Part shown: positions 1 through 10,572 of the stretch, piece after piece
How the letters are laid out: every line of letters begins with the position of its first letter
Position numbering within the stretch: position 1 is the stretch's first letter
Assembly (NCBI GenBank): GCA_900234795.1
Contig: LT962688.1
Coordinates: 3,960,001-3,992,000 of the forward strand
DNA from: Methylorubrum extorquens
GTDB taxonomy: Bacteria; Pseudomonadota; Alphaproteobacteria; Rhizobiales; Beijerinckiaceae
DNA: 32,000 bases
Direction of reading: 5' to 3'
Notes under the pieces: model-generated
Database searches by the model: none
What the model saw: the letters and a program-made list of their open reading frames with translations, nothing else
What the model was told of the DNA's origin: nothing
Made by a program: the position numbers and the translations under genes

Positions 1-157
1 CATCATGGCCATCAAGGGCAGCAGCCGCGAGGCGATCCTGGCGGCGTTCGAGGCGCGGCTGCGCAACGATCCCGAGCAGGAATTCCAGGAGGCCTTACGG
101 CAGATCGAGCGGATCGCGTGGCTGCGCCTGAAGGACCGGCTGCCTTCGGAGGGCTGA
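1..157 (+). CDS. uraD: OHCU (2-oxo-4-hydroxy-4-carboxy-5-ureidoimidazoline) decarboxylase, C-terminal fragment running in from the left edge
   Basis: Frame 2 reads ...IMAIKGSSREAILAAFEARLRNDPEQEFQEALRQIERIAWLRLKDRLPSEG, with TGA at 155-157. This resembles the conserved C-terminal helix of OHCU decarboxylases (RL.ND...E...A..E..KIA.LRL). The urate and ureide catabolism genes next door fit. Only 52 aa are visible. Confidence 0.5.
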   Translation, partial: IMAIKGSSREAILAAFEARLRNDPEQEFQEALRQIERIAWLRLKDRLPSEG

Positions 158-189
158 TCCGCGCCCGAGCGGCCTCCCGCCGCCGGACC

Positions 190-1122
190 CTACCGCACCA
201 GGCGCCGGCCGATCAGGTCGAGCCCGGCGCCGACATGCGCGCGCAGGGCCTCGGTCGTCATCTCGACGAAGGTCTTGGCGCGGGCCGGCAGCATCTTTCG
301 CGAGGGGTAGACCACGCCGAGGGTGACCGGTGTCGGCGGCGTGCCCGGCAGAACCGGCACGAGGCGGCCGTCGGCAAGGTAGGGCGCCACCTCGAAGACG
401 GGCTTGAGGACGATGCCCTGCCCCTGGAGCGCCCATTCGGTCAGCACGTCGCCGTCATCCGCGTCGATGGGCCCGGCGACCGGCAGCGTCACGACCTCGT
501 CGCCGTCGCGCAGGTTCCAGCGGAACTGCTCGGAGCCGGGAAAGCGCAGCAGCAGGCAGGCATGATCGATGAGGTCCGCCGGGCTCTCGGGGGCGGAATG
601 CTCGGCGAGATAGCCCGGTGACGCGCACAGGATCCGCTCGATATCGGCGACCTTGCGCAGGGTGAAGCTCGAGTCGCGCATCTGCGCGAGCCGGACCGCC
701 ACGTCGACGGCCTCCTGCACGAGGTCGAGCAGATGATCGGACAGCCGAAGGTGGACGTCCGCCTCCGGATGGCGCTCGCGGAAGGCGGGGATCAGCGGCG
801 CCACGACGCGCCGGCCCAGGGTCAGCGGGGCGGTGACCTTCAGCGTCCCGCGCGGCGCGGCGCCCTGGGTCTCGACGCTCTTCTCCGCCCGCTCCACGGA
901 GGCGGCGATGTCGAGGCAGCGGTCGTAGAAGACGCGGCCGGCTTCCGTCAGGTTCATCCGCCGCGTCGTGCGGGTGAGCAGAAGGCAGCCGAGATGCTCC
1001 TCCAGCGTCTGGATGCGGTAGCTGATCACCGAGGGCGACAGGCGCAGCGAGCGGCCGGCCGCCGAGAAGCTGCCGGTCTCCGCCGCGCGCATGAAGATGC
1101 GAACACTCTCCAGGGACAGCAT
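190..1122 (-). CDS. LysR-family transcriptional regulator, divergent from puuD
   Basis: From the ATG at 1122 the ORF reads MLSLESVRIFMRAAETGSFSAAGRSLRLSPSVISYRIQTLEEHLGCLLLTRTTRRMNLTEAG, a typical LysR N-terminal wHTH, followed by a LysR substrate-binding domain (310 aa). The 350-aa version in the ORF track has an unlikely N-terminal extension. Confidence 0.85.
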   Translation of the reverse strand: MLSLESVRIFMRAAETGSFSAAGRSLRLSPSVISYRIQTLEEHLGCLLLTRTTRRMNLTEAGRVFYDRCLDIAASVERAEKSVETQGAAPRGTLKVTAPLTLGRRVVAPLIPAFRERHPEADVHLRLSDHLLDLVQEAVDVAVRLAQMRDSSFTLRKVADIERILCASPGYLAEHSAPESPADLIDHACLLLRFPGSEQFRWNLRDGDEVVTLPVAGPIDADDGDVLTEWALQGQGIVLKPVFEVAPYLADGRLVPVLPGTPPTPVTLGVVYPSRKMLPARAKTFVEMTTEALRAHVGAGLDLIGRRLVR

Positions 1123-1162
1123 CCGCCCTCCGCGCCCTGCGGCCTCCCGACACGGCCTCGAT

Positions 1163-1179
1163 TTCGTGAAAATTTCGAA
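1163..1179. promoter_or_regulatory. Dyad TTCG-N9-CGAA in the only AT-rich patch of the LysR/puuD divergent intergenic region; possible LysR operator
   Basis: The sequence ttcgtgaaaatttcgaa also contains a direct repeat, ATTTCG x2. It sits between the divergent starts at 1122 and 1257. Assigning it to the LysR protein is inference only. Confidence 0.25.
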
Positions 1180-1256
1180 AACTGGCAAGGAATTTGATGG
1201 GCATACAAGCCCGCCCGCAGCGGTAGGATCGCAGCCGGACACCGAGGGGAGAGGCC

Positions 1257-2492
1257 GTGGAGAGCTTCGTCTGGGAATGGGGGAGCCTGCTGCTGCGCTG
1301 GCTCCACGTCGTTGCGGCGATGGCCTGGATCGGCTCGTCGTTCTTCTTCATCCATCTCGACGCGTCGCTGAAGCGGACGCCGGACATCCCGGCCGGCGAA
1401 GGTGCCGCGGCCTGGCAGGTCCATGGCGGCGGCTTCTACGAGATGCGCAAGTATTTCGTCGCGCCGGAGCATCTCTCCCCGGACCTCACCTGGCACAAGT
1501 GGCAGGCCTACACGACGTGGCTGTCGGGCTTCGTGCTGCTGGCCTGGATCTACTACGCGCAGTCGCGGCTCTACCTCGTCGATCCGGCGGTGATGGACCT
1601 GTCGGCCCCGGTCGCGGCGGCGCTCGGCGTCGGGGCGCTGGCGCTCGGCTGGCTGGTCTATGACCGCATCTGCCGCTCGAAGCTCGGCGAGAGCGAGACC
1701 GGCCTCGCAGCGGTCGGCCTGCTGGCCGTCACGCTCGCCGCCTTCGGCTTCTCGCAGGTGTTCAGCGGCCGCGGCGCCCTGATCCATACCGGCGCCCTGA
1801 TGGCGACCTGGATGGCCGGCAACGTCTTCTTCATCATCATCCCGAACCAGCGCAAGGTCGTCGCCGCTCTGCTGAAGGGGGAGCGGCCGGACCCGAGCCT
1901 CGGCAAGCAGGCCAAGCAGCGCTCGGCGCAGAACAACTACCTGACCCTGCCGGTCGTCCTCATGATGATCGCCAACCACTACCCGATGCTGTTCGAATCG
2001 AAGGCGACGATTCCGCTCATCGTCGCGCTGGTCACCGCCTCGGGCGCGGTGATTCGCTTCTTCTACAACAGGCGCCATGCCGACCACGCCCGCTCGCCCT
2101 GGTGGGCCTGGGCCGCGGCTTCGGTGGGTCTGGCCTCCGCCTTCGTCCTCGCCGTCGCCGGAAGCGCTGGGGGCCGTGCGGTGCTGGGCCTGCCGCCGCA
2201 GGCCGAAGGCCCGCCGACCACCGCCCTGGCATCCGCGACGCCGCCGGACCACGTCGTCGAACTCGTCGCGGGGCGCTGCGCCATGTGCCACGCGGCCGAG
2301 CCGATCTGGGACGGGATCGGCGTCGCGCCGAAGGGCGTTCGGCTCGACACCGCCGAGGCCATCGGCCGTCAGGCCGAGGCGATCCGGCGGCAGGTCGTGC
2401 TGACGCACAACATGCCGCCCAACAACGTGACCGAGATGACCGACGAGGAGCGCGGCGTGATCGCAGCCTGGCTGACGGACACCGCGCGCTAG
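1257..2492 (+). CDS. puuD: Urate hydroxylase PuuD: integral membrane protein with a C-terminal cytochrome c domain
   Basis: GTG start preceded by gaggggagagg. The 411-aa protein has multiple hydrophobic helices and a C-terminal CxxCH heme motif (CAMCH, nt 2277-2291). The overall layout matches the PuuD urate oxidase family described in Agrobacterium. It sits in a ureide-pathway context. Confidence 0.8.
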   Translation: MESFVWEWGSLLLRWLHVVAAMAWIGSSFFFIHLDASLKRTPDIPAGEGAAAWQVHGGGFYEMRKYFVAPEHLSPDLTWHKWQAYTTWLSGFVLLAWIYYAQSRLYLVDPAVMDLSAPVAAALGVGALALGWLVYDRICRSKLGESETGLAAVGLLAVTLAAFGFSQVFSGRGALIHTGALMATWMAGNVFFIIIPNQRKVVAALLKGERPDPSLGKQAKQRSAQNNYLTLPVVLMMIANHYPMLFESKATIPLIVALVTASGAVIRFFYNRRHADHARSPWWAWAAASVGLASAFVLAVAGSAGGRAVLGLPPQAEGPPTTALASATPPDHVVELVAGRCAMCHAAEPIWDGIGVAPKGVRLDTAEAIGRQAEAIRRQVVLTHNMPPNNVTEMTDEERGVIAAWLTDTAR

Positions 2493-2608
2493 AGCCGTCG
2501 CCTCTCGATCCTTGTTCTGACGCGCATTCCTTCGACGAACCGGTGACCACTTCGTCGGAATGCGCGCTGAGATCCCTGCTCGACATCGCGACAACGGACC
2601 CTCTCCGA

Positions 2609-3448
2609 ATGACCGCTTCCCCCTACAATCCGCCCTGCGGCGGCCTGCCTCCCCAGACGGCGCTGATGACGGGCCGGGCCGTGTTCACCGAGGCCTACGC
2701 CCTCATCCCGAAGGGGGTGATGCGCGACATCGTCACGAGCGTGCTGCCGTTCTGGGAGGGCACGCGGGCCTGGATGCTGTCGCGGCCCCTGTCGGGTTTC
2801 TCCGAGACCTTCGCGCAGTACCTGATGGAAGTGGCGCCCGGCGGCGGCAGCGAACAGCCGGAGCCCGACCCGCGCGCCGAGGGCGTGCTGTTCGTGGTCG
2901 GCGGCGGCCTCCGCCTCGTTCTCGACGGAGAGGTGCATGCCCTGCGCCCCGGCAGCTACGCCTACCTGCCCCCGGGGGCGCCCTGGAGCCTGCATGGCGA
3001 AGGGTCCGAGCCGGCGCGCTTCCACTGGATTCGCAAGGCCTACGAGCGCGTCGAGGGCCTCGCCTGTCCGCTGGCCTTCGTCACCCACGAATCCGAGATC
3101 GCCCCGGTGGCGATGCCGGGCACCGACGGCGCCTGGGCCACCACCCGCTTCGTCTCGCCCGAGGACGTGCGCCACGACATGCACGTCAACATCGTCACCC
3201 TGCGGCCCGGCGCCTCGATCCCGTTCGAGGAGACGCATGTGATGGAGCACGGCCTGTTCGTGCTGGAGGGCAAGGCGGTCTACCGGCTCAACCGCGACTG
3301 GGTCGAGGTCGAGGCCGGCGACTTCATGTGGCTGCGCGCCTTCTGCCCGCAGGCCTGCTACGCGGGCGGCCCCGGCCCGTTCCGCTACCTGCTCTACAAG
3401 GACGTGAACCGGCACGCTTCGCTCGCGCCGTTCGGAGCCTCTCGATGA
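2609..3448 (+). CDS. allE: (S)-ureidoglycine aminohydrolase (bicupin, AllE/YlbA family)
   Basis: Starts at ATG 2609 (MTASPYNPP...). The C-terminal cupin, ETHVMEHGLFVLEGKAVYRLNRDWVEVEAGDFMWLRAFCPQACYAGG...YLLYKDVNRH, aligns with E. coli AllE [38 protein letters not shown]...YIYSKDCNRD. The upstream part of the 448-aa track ORF is Arg/Pro-rich read-through. Confidence 0.85.
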   Translation: MTASPYNPPCGGLPPQTALMTGRAVFTEAYALIPKGVMRDIVTSVLPFWEGTRAWMLSRPLSGFSETFAQYLMEVAPGGGSEQPEPDPRAEGVLFVVGGGLRLVLDGEVHALRPGSYAYLPPGAPWSLHGEGSEPARFHWIRKAYERVEGLACPLAFVTHESEIAPVAMPGTDGAWATTRFVSPEDVRHDMHVNIVTLRPGASIPFEETHVMEHGLFVLEGKAVYRLNRDWVEVEAGDFMWLRAFCPQACYAGGPGPFRYLLYKDVNRHASLAPFGASR

Positions 3449-3942
3449 GCGAAAGGCAGATTCTCGTCGAGCCGCTGACGCAGGCAGCTTTCGCGCCGTT
3501 CGGCACGGTGATCGACAAGGCGGCCGTCGCCCCGCGGCCGATGAACGCCGGCAAGGCCCGCCGCTTCCACGACCTCGCGCAGGTGGCCGTCGTGGGCGCG
3601 GACGGGCAGGTGGTGATCGGCTTCGTCGAGGCCGAGCCCTACACCCTGCCGCTCCGCCTGAGCCTGGTCGAGCGCCACCCGCTCGGAGCCCAAGCCTTCA
3701 TCCCCGTGAATGCCGCGCCGTTCCTCGTCGTCGTCTGCCCGGACGAGGGCGGCAAGCCCGGCCGTCCGCGGGCCTTCCTCACCGCCCCCGGCCAGGGCGT
3801 CTGCTACGCGCCCGGCACCTGGCACGGCGTTCTCACGCCGCTCGACCGCTCCCAGGATTTCTGGGTGATCGACCGGGGCGGCCCCGGGGTGAACCTGGAA
3901 GAGCATCCCTTCGACGAGCCCTGGATCATCGCGCGCGGGTAA
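3445..3942 (+). CDS. allA: Ureidoglycolate lyase
   Basis: The ATG at 3445 overlaps the allE stop (ATGA). MSERQILVEPLTQAAFAPFGTVI...RFHDLA...LVERHPLGAQAFIPV...FLVVV...WHGVL...DFWVIDRGG closely parallels E. coli AllA (LERHPLGTQAFIPM, FLTIDRGG). Confidence 0.9.
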   Translation: MSERQILVEPLTQAAFAPFGTVIDKAAVAPRPMNAGKARRFHDLAQVAVVGADGQVVIGFVEAEPYTLPLRLSLVERHPLGAQAFIPVNAAPFLVVVCPDEGGKPGRPRAFLTAPGQGVCYAPGTWHGVLTPLDRSQDFWVIDRGGPGVNLEEHPFDEPWIIARG

Positions 3943-4020
3943 CGGTCTTCGACCGCGCGGGAGAACCGGCGCGCACGCCCCGCGGCGTCGGCGATTGGTC
4001 GCGCGCGCGGGATCGGATAC

Positions 4021-4710
4021 GTGATCCGAGAGCCGCGCGGGGGCGGTGACGGATGGGGAGGCTCGGGCGTGGTCGGAAGCGAGATCGGGGCCCCGGCGCG
4101 CCGACAGCGACGCGACGGTGCCCTGCGCCGGGAAGCCGTGCTCGATGCCGGCCTGGAGATCTTCTCGACCGTCGGCCTGCACGGCGCCAGCCTCGACCAG
4201 ATCGCCCTGCGCGCCGGACTCTCGAAGACGAACCTGCTCTACTACTTCCGCACCAAGGAAGACCTCTACGTCGCCGTGCTGCGGCGCGTGCTCGATGTCT
4301 GGCTCGACCCGCTCCATGCGCTCGACGCGGAATCCGAGCCGGCCGAGGCGCTCAAGCGCTACATCCGCTCGAAGATCACCCTGTCGCGGGACGCGCCGCG
4401 GGCCTCGCGGCTGTTCTGCCTGGAGATCGTGCAGGGCGCGCCGCTCCTGCGCGCCGAACTCGAAGGTCCCCTGCGGGACTTGGTCGAGGCCAAGGCCGCG
4501 GTGCTGCGCGGCTGGATCGCCGACGGGCGCATCGCCCCGCACGACCCCCGCCACCTCGTCTTCGCGATCTGGGCCGTCACCCAGCACTACGCCGACTTCG
4601 CGGTGCAGGTAGAGGCCATCACCGGTCGCGACCTCAGCGACGAGGCCTTCTTCGAGCAGACGGTGGAGAGCACCCAGAGACTGATCCTGGCGAGCCTCGG
4701 ATTGGCCTGA
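4021..4710 (+). CDS. rutR: TetR-family pyrimidine-utilisation repressor RutR
   Basis: GASLDQIALRAGLSKTNLLYYFRTKEDLYVAVLRRVLDVWLDPL...ASRLFCLEIVQGAPLL...HLVFAIWAVTQHYADFAVQVEAITG...FFEQTVESTQRLIL is near-colinear with E. coli RutR (GVSKTNLLYYFPSKEALYIAVLRQILDIWLAPL, ASRLFCMEMLAGAPLL, WASTQHYADFAPQVEAVTG). The start codon (GTG 4021) is uncertain. Confidence 0.9.
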   Translation: MIREPRGGGDGWGGSGVVGSEIGAPARRQRRDGALRREAVLDAGLEIFSTVGLHGASLDQIALRAGLSKTNLLYYFRTKEDLYVAVLRRVLDVWLDPLHALDAESEPAEALKRYIRSKITLSRDAPRASRLFCLEIVQGAPLLRAELEGPLRDLVEAKAAVLRGWIADGRIAPHDPRHLVFAIWAVTQHYADFAVQVEAITGRDLSDEAFFEQTVESTQRLILASLGLA

Positions 4711-4806
4711 TTCGCCTTTCTTCCGTTTCGATACCGGAAGACGTCGGCGAGAATCGCACCAAGCGTAAGCAGAAGCGGCCCGCCGCGCGGGCATCGCGCG
4801 GAGAGT

Positions 4807-4822
4807 TTGTGCAAACGGTCAA
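4807..4822. promoter_or_regulatory. Degenerate RutR-type operator (distal)
   Basis: ttgtgcaaacggtcaa matches the E. coli RutR box TTGACCAnnTGGTCAA at 11 of 14 specified positions. Its centre lies 32 bp from the proximal box. Confidence 0.45.
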
Positions 4823-4838
4823 ATATCGGCTCTCAGAG

Positions 4839-4854
4839 TTTGACCAAATGGTCT
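4839..4854. promoter_or_regulatory. RutR-type operator (proximal), about 70 bp upstream of rutA
   Basis: ttgaccaaatggtctg matches TTGACCAnnTGGTCAA at 12 of 14 specified positions. It lies in the low-GC rutR-rutA intergenic region. Confidence 0.7.
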
Positions 4855-4924
4855 GATTCGCTACCGTCTAGACCTGTCGCTGGCCTTTCGAAGCGCCGGC
4901 CGGACGAGCGAGCGAGGGTTTGTC

Positions 4925-6054
<1,130 letters not shown>

Positions 6055-6055
<1 letters not shown>

Positions 6056-6801
6056 TGGAGGCCGATGCCCCCGCGGGCTACCGCGATCCCTCGGGCCGCC
6101 ACGGCGCGGTCACGCTGCCGGCGCGGCCCGAGTCGATCGCCTTCGACGCTGACGCCACCGTGCTCATCGTCGTCGACATGCAGAACGCCTACGCGACTAA
6201 AGGCGGCTATCTCGATCTTGCCGGCTTCGACGTCTCGGCGACCGGGCCGGTGATCGAGCGGATTGCCCGGGCCGTGGCGGCGGCCCGCGCGGCCGGTATC
6301 CGCGTGGTCTGGTTCCAGAACGGCTGGGACCCGGACTACGTCGAGGCCGGGGGGCCGGGCTCGCCGAACTGGCACAAGTCGAACGCGCTCAAGACCATGC
6401 GCCGCCGGCCGGAGATGAACCAGCGGCTCCTGGCCAAGGGCACGTGGGACTACGCCCTCGTCGATGCGCTGAGCCCTGAGCCCGGCGACATCGTCCTGCC
6501 CAAGCCCCGCTACAGCGGCTTCTACAACACGCCGCTGGACAGCATGCTGCGGGCGCGCGGCATTCGCACGCTGGTCTTCACCGGCATCGCCACGAATGTC
6601 TGCGTGGAATCGACCCTGCGCGACGGCTACCACCGCGAATATTTCGGGATCGTGCTCGCCGACGCCACCCATCAGGCCGGCCCACCCGCCCTGCAGGAGG
6701 GCGCGCTGCGCAACATCGAGACCTTCTTCGGCTGGGTGTCGGACGTCGCCGCCTTCGAGGCCGCGCTCAGCTCCGACGAAGCCCGCCGCATCCCCGCCTG
6801 A
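6055..6801 (+). CDS. rutB: Ureidoacrylate/peroxyureidoacrylate amidohydrolase RutB (isochorismatase family)
   Basis: The ATG at 6055 overlaps the rutA stop by 1 nt. The protein carries [10 protein letters not shown]...[10 protein letters not shown]...VVWFQNGWD...[42 protein letters not shown], an isochorismatase fold with the catalytic Cys in NVCVEST. Its position after rutA fits RutB. Confidence 0.9.
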
Positions 6802-6813
6802 CCGGAGACCCCC

Positions 6814-7993
<1,180 letters not shown>

Positions 7994-8023
7994 AGCGACC
8001 CGACCTCACGAAAGGCCGCCGCC

Positions 8024-8621
8024 ATGACCGAGTCTGAGAGCGCCGCCGTCCCCGTCGATGCGGCCGCCTACCGCGAAGCGATGTCCCGGCTCGCGAGCGC
8101 GGTGCATCTGATCACCACCGACGGTCCGGGCGGGCGGGCCGGCTTCACCGCCTCGGCCGTGTGCAGCGTCAGCGACGCGCCGCCGACGCTGCTCGTCTGC
8201 ATCAACCGGGCCTCCTCCGCCTACGCCGCCCTCACCCAGAACGGGACGCTGTGCGTGAACACCCTCGGCGAGGGCCACGAAACGGTGGCGAGCCTGTTCG
8301 GAGGGCGCACGCCCGTGGACGAGCGCTTCGCGGCGGGCACGTGGCGGCGGCTGCGCAGCGGGGGCGCCCGCGCTGACCGACGCCCTCGTCAGCTTCGATT
8401 GCCGCATCGTCGGACGCCACGCCGTTGGCAGCCACGACGTGCTCTACTGCGCGGTCGAGGCCGTCGCCGCTTCGGGGCAGGCCGACGCGCTGCTCTACAG
8501 CGAGCGCCGCTACCGCACGCTCCCCCGCGCGCCGCGGAGCGGATCCGAGCCGGCGCGCGCCGCCCGCGCCGTCGGAGCCCGGCCCGCCGAAGGGCCGGCT
8601 TTGGCTCTCAGGAGCGCCTGA
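8024..8621 (+). pseudogene. rutF: rutF (flavin reductase) interrupted by a +1 frameshift in a G5 run at 8360-8364
   Basis: The frame from 8024 gives ...[37 protein letters not shown]...[38 protein letters not shown] (compare E. coli Rut[36 protein letters not shown]). It then degenerates into an Arg/Pro-rich read-through extending to 9667. The homologous continuation, [34 protein letters not shown]...ERRYRTLP (E. coli: [11 protein letters not shown]...HDILFCAIEAI), lies in the +1 frame and stops at 8619-8621. Removing one G from the run restores a single ORF. Confidence 0.85.
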
Positions 8622-8726
8622 GCCGGGACCGGCGCATCGCATCCCGGACTTCGCGCCGCTCGGCGCGGACGGCACGGAAAATGCTCGATCCGGCGCTGCG
8701 ACGATGTCCGGCGGCGGGCCCGCCTT

Positions 8727-8764
8727 CCCCTCCCCTCTTCCCCTGCCCCCTCGGCCTGCCCCCC
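8727..8764. other. Polypyrimidine C-tract (C4-T-C4-TCTT-C4-TG-C5...C6); G-quadruplex motif on the minus strand, i-motif potential on the plus strand
   Basis: Read directly from the sequence: ccccTccccTCTTccccTGccccc then tcggcctg(cccccc). It sits in the rutF / ABC-ATPase intergenic region. The complement has at least four G4-5 runs separated by loops of 1-4 nt. Confidence 0.4.
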
Positions 8765-8819
8765 GGCTCCCGGACGCCCATTGAGAGCCGACCCGAAACC
8801 CACGGAACGAAAGCCTGCC

Positions 8820-9674
8820 ATGTCGCGTGCCGGCGCCCTCGCCCTCAAACAGCCGCCCGAATTCGAGCCACCGGCGCCGCGCGCGGTGCCGGCAGCGCCC
8901 GTCATCGCCGCGCGCGGGCTGTCGCTGACATACACCACCGCCGACGGGCCGGTTCACGCGCTTGCCGATGTCGATCTCGCGGTGGCACCGGGCGAGTTCG
9001 TCTCCTTCATCGGCCCGTCCGGCTGCGGCAAGACCACGCTGCTGCGCTGCGTCGCCGATCTCGAACAGCCGACCGGCGGCGAACTCACCGTCAACGGCGT
9101 CGGCGCCGAGGCGGCGCGGCTGCGGCGCGACTACGGCTTCGTGTTCCAGGCGCCGGCGCTCTATCCCTGGCGGACCATCGCGCGCAACGTCGCGCTGCCG
9201 CTCGAGATCTTCGGCGTATCGCGGGCGGAGCGGCGGGAGCGCGTGGCGCACTTCCTCGACCTCGTCCAGCTCACCGGCTTTGCCAACAAATTCCCCTGGC
9301 AGCTCTCCGGCGGCATGCAGCAGCGGGCCTCGATCGCCCGCGCCCTCTGCTTCGATCCGAAGTTGCTGTTGATGGACGAGCCCTTCGGGGCACTGGACGA
9401 GATCGTGCGCGACCACCTCAACGCGCAGCTCCTCGCGCTGTGGCGCAAGACCGCCAAGACGGTCCTGTTCGTCACTCACTCGATCCCCGAGGCGGTCTAC
9501 CTCTCGACCCGCGTCGTGGTGATGTCGCCGCGCCCGGGGCGGATCATCGACATCGTCGATTGCACCGCGCTCGGGCGGGAGCGTCCGCTGGAGATCCGCG
9601 AGACGCCCGAGTTCCTGTGCCTTGGCCAGCGGGTGCGCGAGGGTCTGCGCGCCGGTCACGCCTATGACGCGTAA
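8820..9674 (+). CDS. ABC transporter ATP-binding protein (NitT/TauT family)
   Basis: Walker [12 protein letters not shown], signature [15 protein letters not shown] and Walker [16 protein letters not shown] 8820 (MSRAGAL) is preferred over the TTG at 8781. Confidence 0.9.
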   Translation: MSRAGALALKQPPEFEPPAPRAVPAAPVIAARGLSLTYTTADGPVHALADVDLAVAPGEFVSFIGPSGCGKTTLLRCVADLEQPTGGELTVNGVGAEAARLRRDYGFVFQAPALYPWRTIARNVALPLEIFGVSRAERRERVAHFLDLVQLTGFANKFPWQLSGGMQQRASIARALCFDPKLLLMDEPFGALDEIVRDHLNAQLLALWRKTAKTVLFVTHSIPEAVYLSTRVVVMSPRPGRIIDIVDCTALGRERPLEIRETPEFLCLGQRVREGLRAGHAYDA

Positions 9675-10572
9675 GGCAGCGTCCTTTCCCCGCGACCGGG
9701 CGCTGCCGGTGGCCTGCGTCGTCCTGGCGCTTCTCGCTGGCTGGTACCTCGCCGCCCTGCTCGGCAACTGGAACGGCGCCGCGGACGCGCTCGTGCGGGC
9801 CGGCGCGGCGCCGGACGCCGCGGGCATCGCTGCGGCGACGATGGCGCAAGAGCGGCCCGTCGTGCCGGCACCGCATCAGGTGCTCTCAGAACTGTCGCGC
9901 AGCGTCCTCGGCGTGCCGCTGAGTTCGAAGCGCAGCCTCGTCTATCACGCCTGGGTCACCCTCTCGGCGACGCTCACCGGCTTCGCCCTCGGCTCGCTGC
10001 TCGGCATCGCGCTCGCGATCGCGATCGTGCACCTGCGCAGCGTCGAGGCGAGCCTGATGCCCTGGATCGTCGCCTCGCAGACCGTGCCGATCCTGGCCGT
10101 GGCGCCGATCATCATCGTGGCGCTCGGCGCGGCCGGCCTGACCGGCCTGCTGCCGAAGGCGGTGATCGCGGCCTATCTCTGCTTCTTCCCCGTCACGGTC
10201 GGCATGGTGAAGGGGCTGAACGCCCCCGACCGGATCCAGCGCGACCTGATGCGGACCTACTCGGCCTCGCGCGGGCAGATCCTGGCGCGGCTGCGCTGGC
10301 CGGCGGCCCTGCCCTACCTGTTCGCGAGCCTGAAGATCGCGGTGGCAGCGAGCCTCGTCGGCACCATCGTCGCCGAATTGCCGACCGGGGCGCAGGCCGG
10401 GCTCGGGGCGCGGCTGCTCGCCGGCTCCTATTACGGCCAGACGATCCAGATCTGGGCGGCCCTGTTCGCGGCGGCGGCGCTCTCGGCGCTCCTCGTCCAG
10501 GGGATCGGCCTCGCGGAACGTGCGAGCGCCCGCGCCCTCGGCGCCCGGCCCGCAGCAGGAAGTGCCCGATGA
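9664..10572 (+). CDS. ABC transporter permease 1 (binding-protein-dependent transport inner membrane component)
   Basis: ATG 9664 overlaps the 3' end of the ATPase gene by 11 nt. The protein has multiple TM helices. An EAA-like loop region reads [44 protein letters not shown]. Confidence 0.85.
   Translation: MTRKAASFPRDRALPVACVVLALLAGWYLAALLGNWNGAADALVRAGAAPDAAGIAAATMAQERPVVPAPHQVLSELSRSVLGVPLSSKRSLVYHAWVTLSATLTGFALGSLLGIALAIAIVHLRSVEASLMPWIVASQTVPILAVAPIIIVALGAAGLTGLLPKAVIAAYLCFFPVTVGMVKGLNAPDRIQRDLMRTYSASRGQILARLRWPAALPYLFASLKIAVAASLVGTIVAELPTGAQAGLGARLLAGSYYGQTIQIWAALFAAAALSALLVQGIGLAERASARALGARPAAGSAR

Noticed and set aside
4719-4741. Hairpin tcttccg-N9-cggaaga just after rutR, as a possible terminator
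   Set aside because: The stem is only 7 bp, the loop is 9 nt and no T-run follows. This is too weak to call.
4881-4895. Possible sigma-54 promoter upstream of rutA (the E. coli rut operon is NtrC/sigma-54 dependent)
   Set aside because: In tggcctttcgaagcg the GG and GC are spaced one base short of the GG-N10-GC rule, and the flanking consensus is poor. It is not supportable from sequence alone.
8360-8364. Programmed ribosomal frameshifting or phase variation as the explanation for the short G-run frameshifts (also 12598-12603 and 27008-27009)
   Set aside because: The tracts are short (2-6 nt), there is no slippery heptamer or downstream pseudoknot context, and the genes are housekeeping-type catabolic genes. 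Sequencing error or simple mutation is more parsimonious. Only the C8 tract is kept as a weak phase-variation candidate.
8622-9667. Continuation of the 547-aa plus-strand ORF beyond the RutF-like N-terminus
   Set aside because: This is read-through after the rutF frameshift. The translation is Arg/Pro/Ala low-complexity and overlaps the well-supported ABC ATPase gene in another frame.
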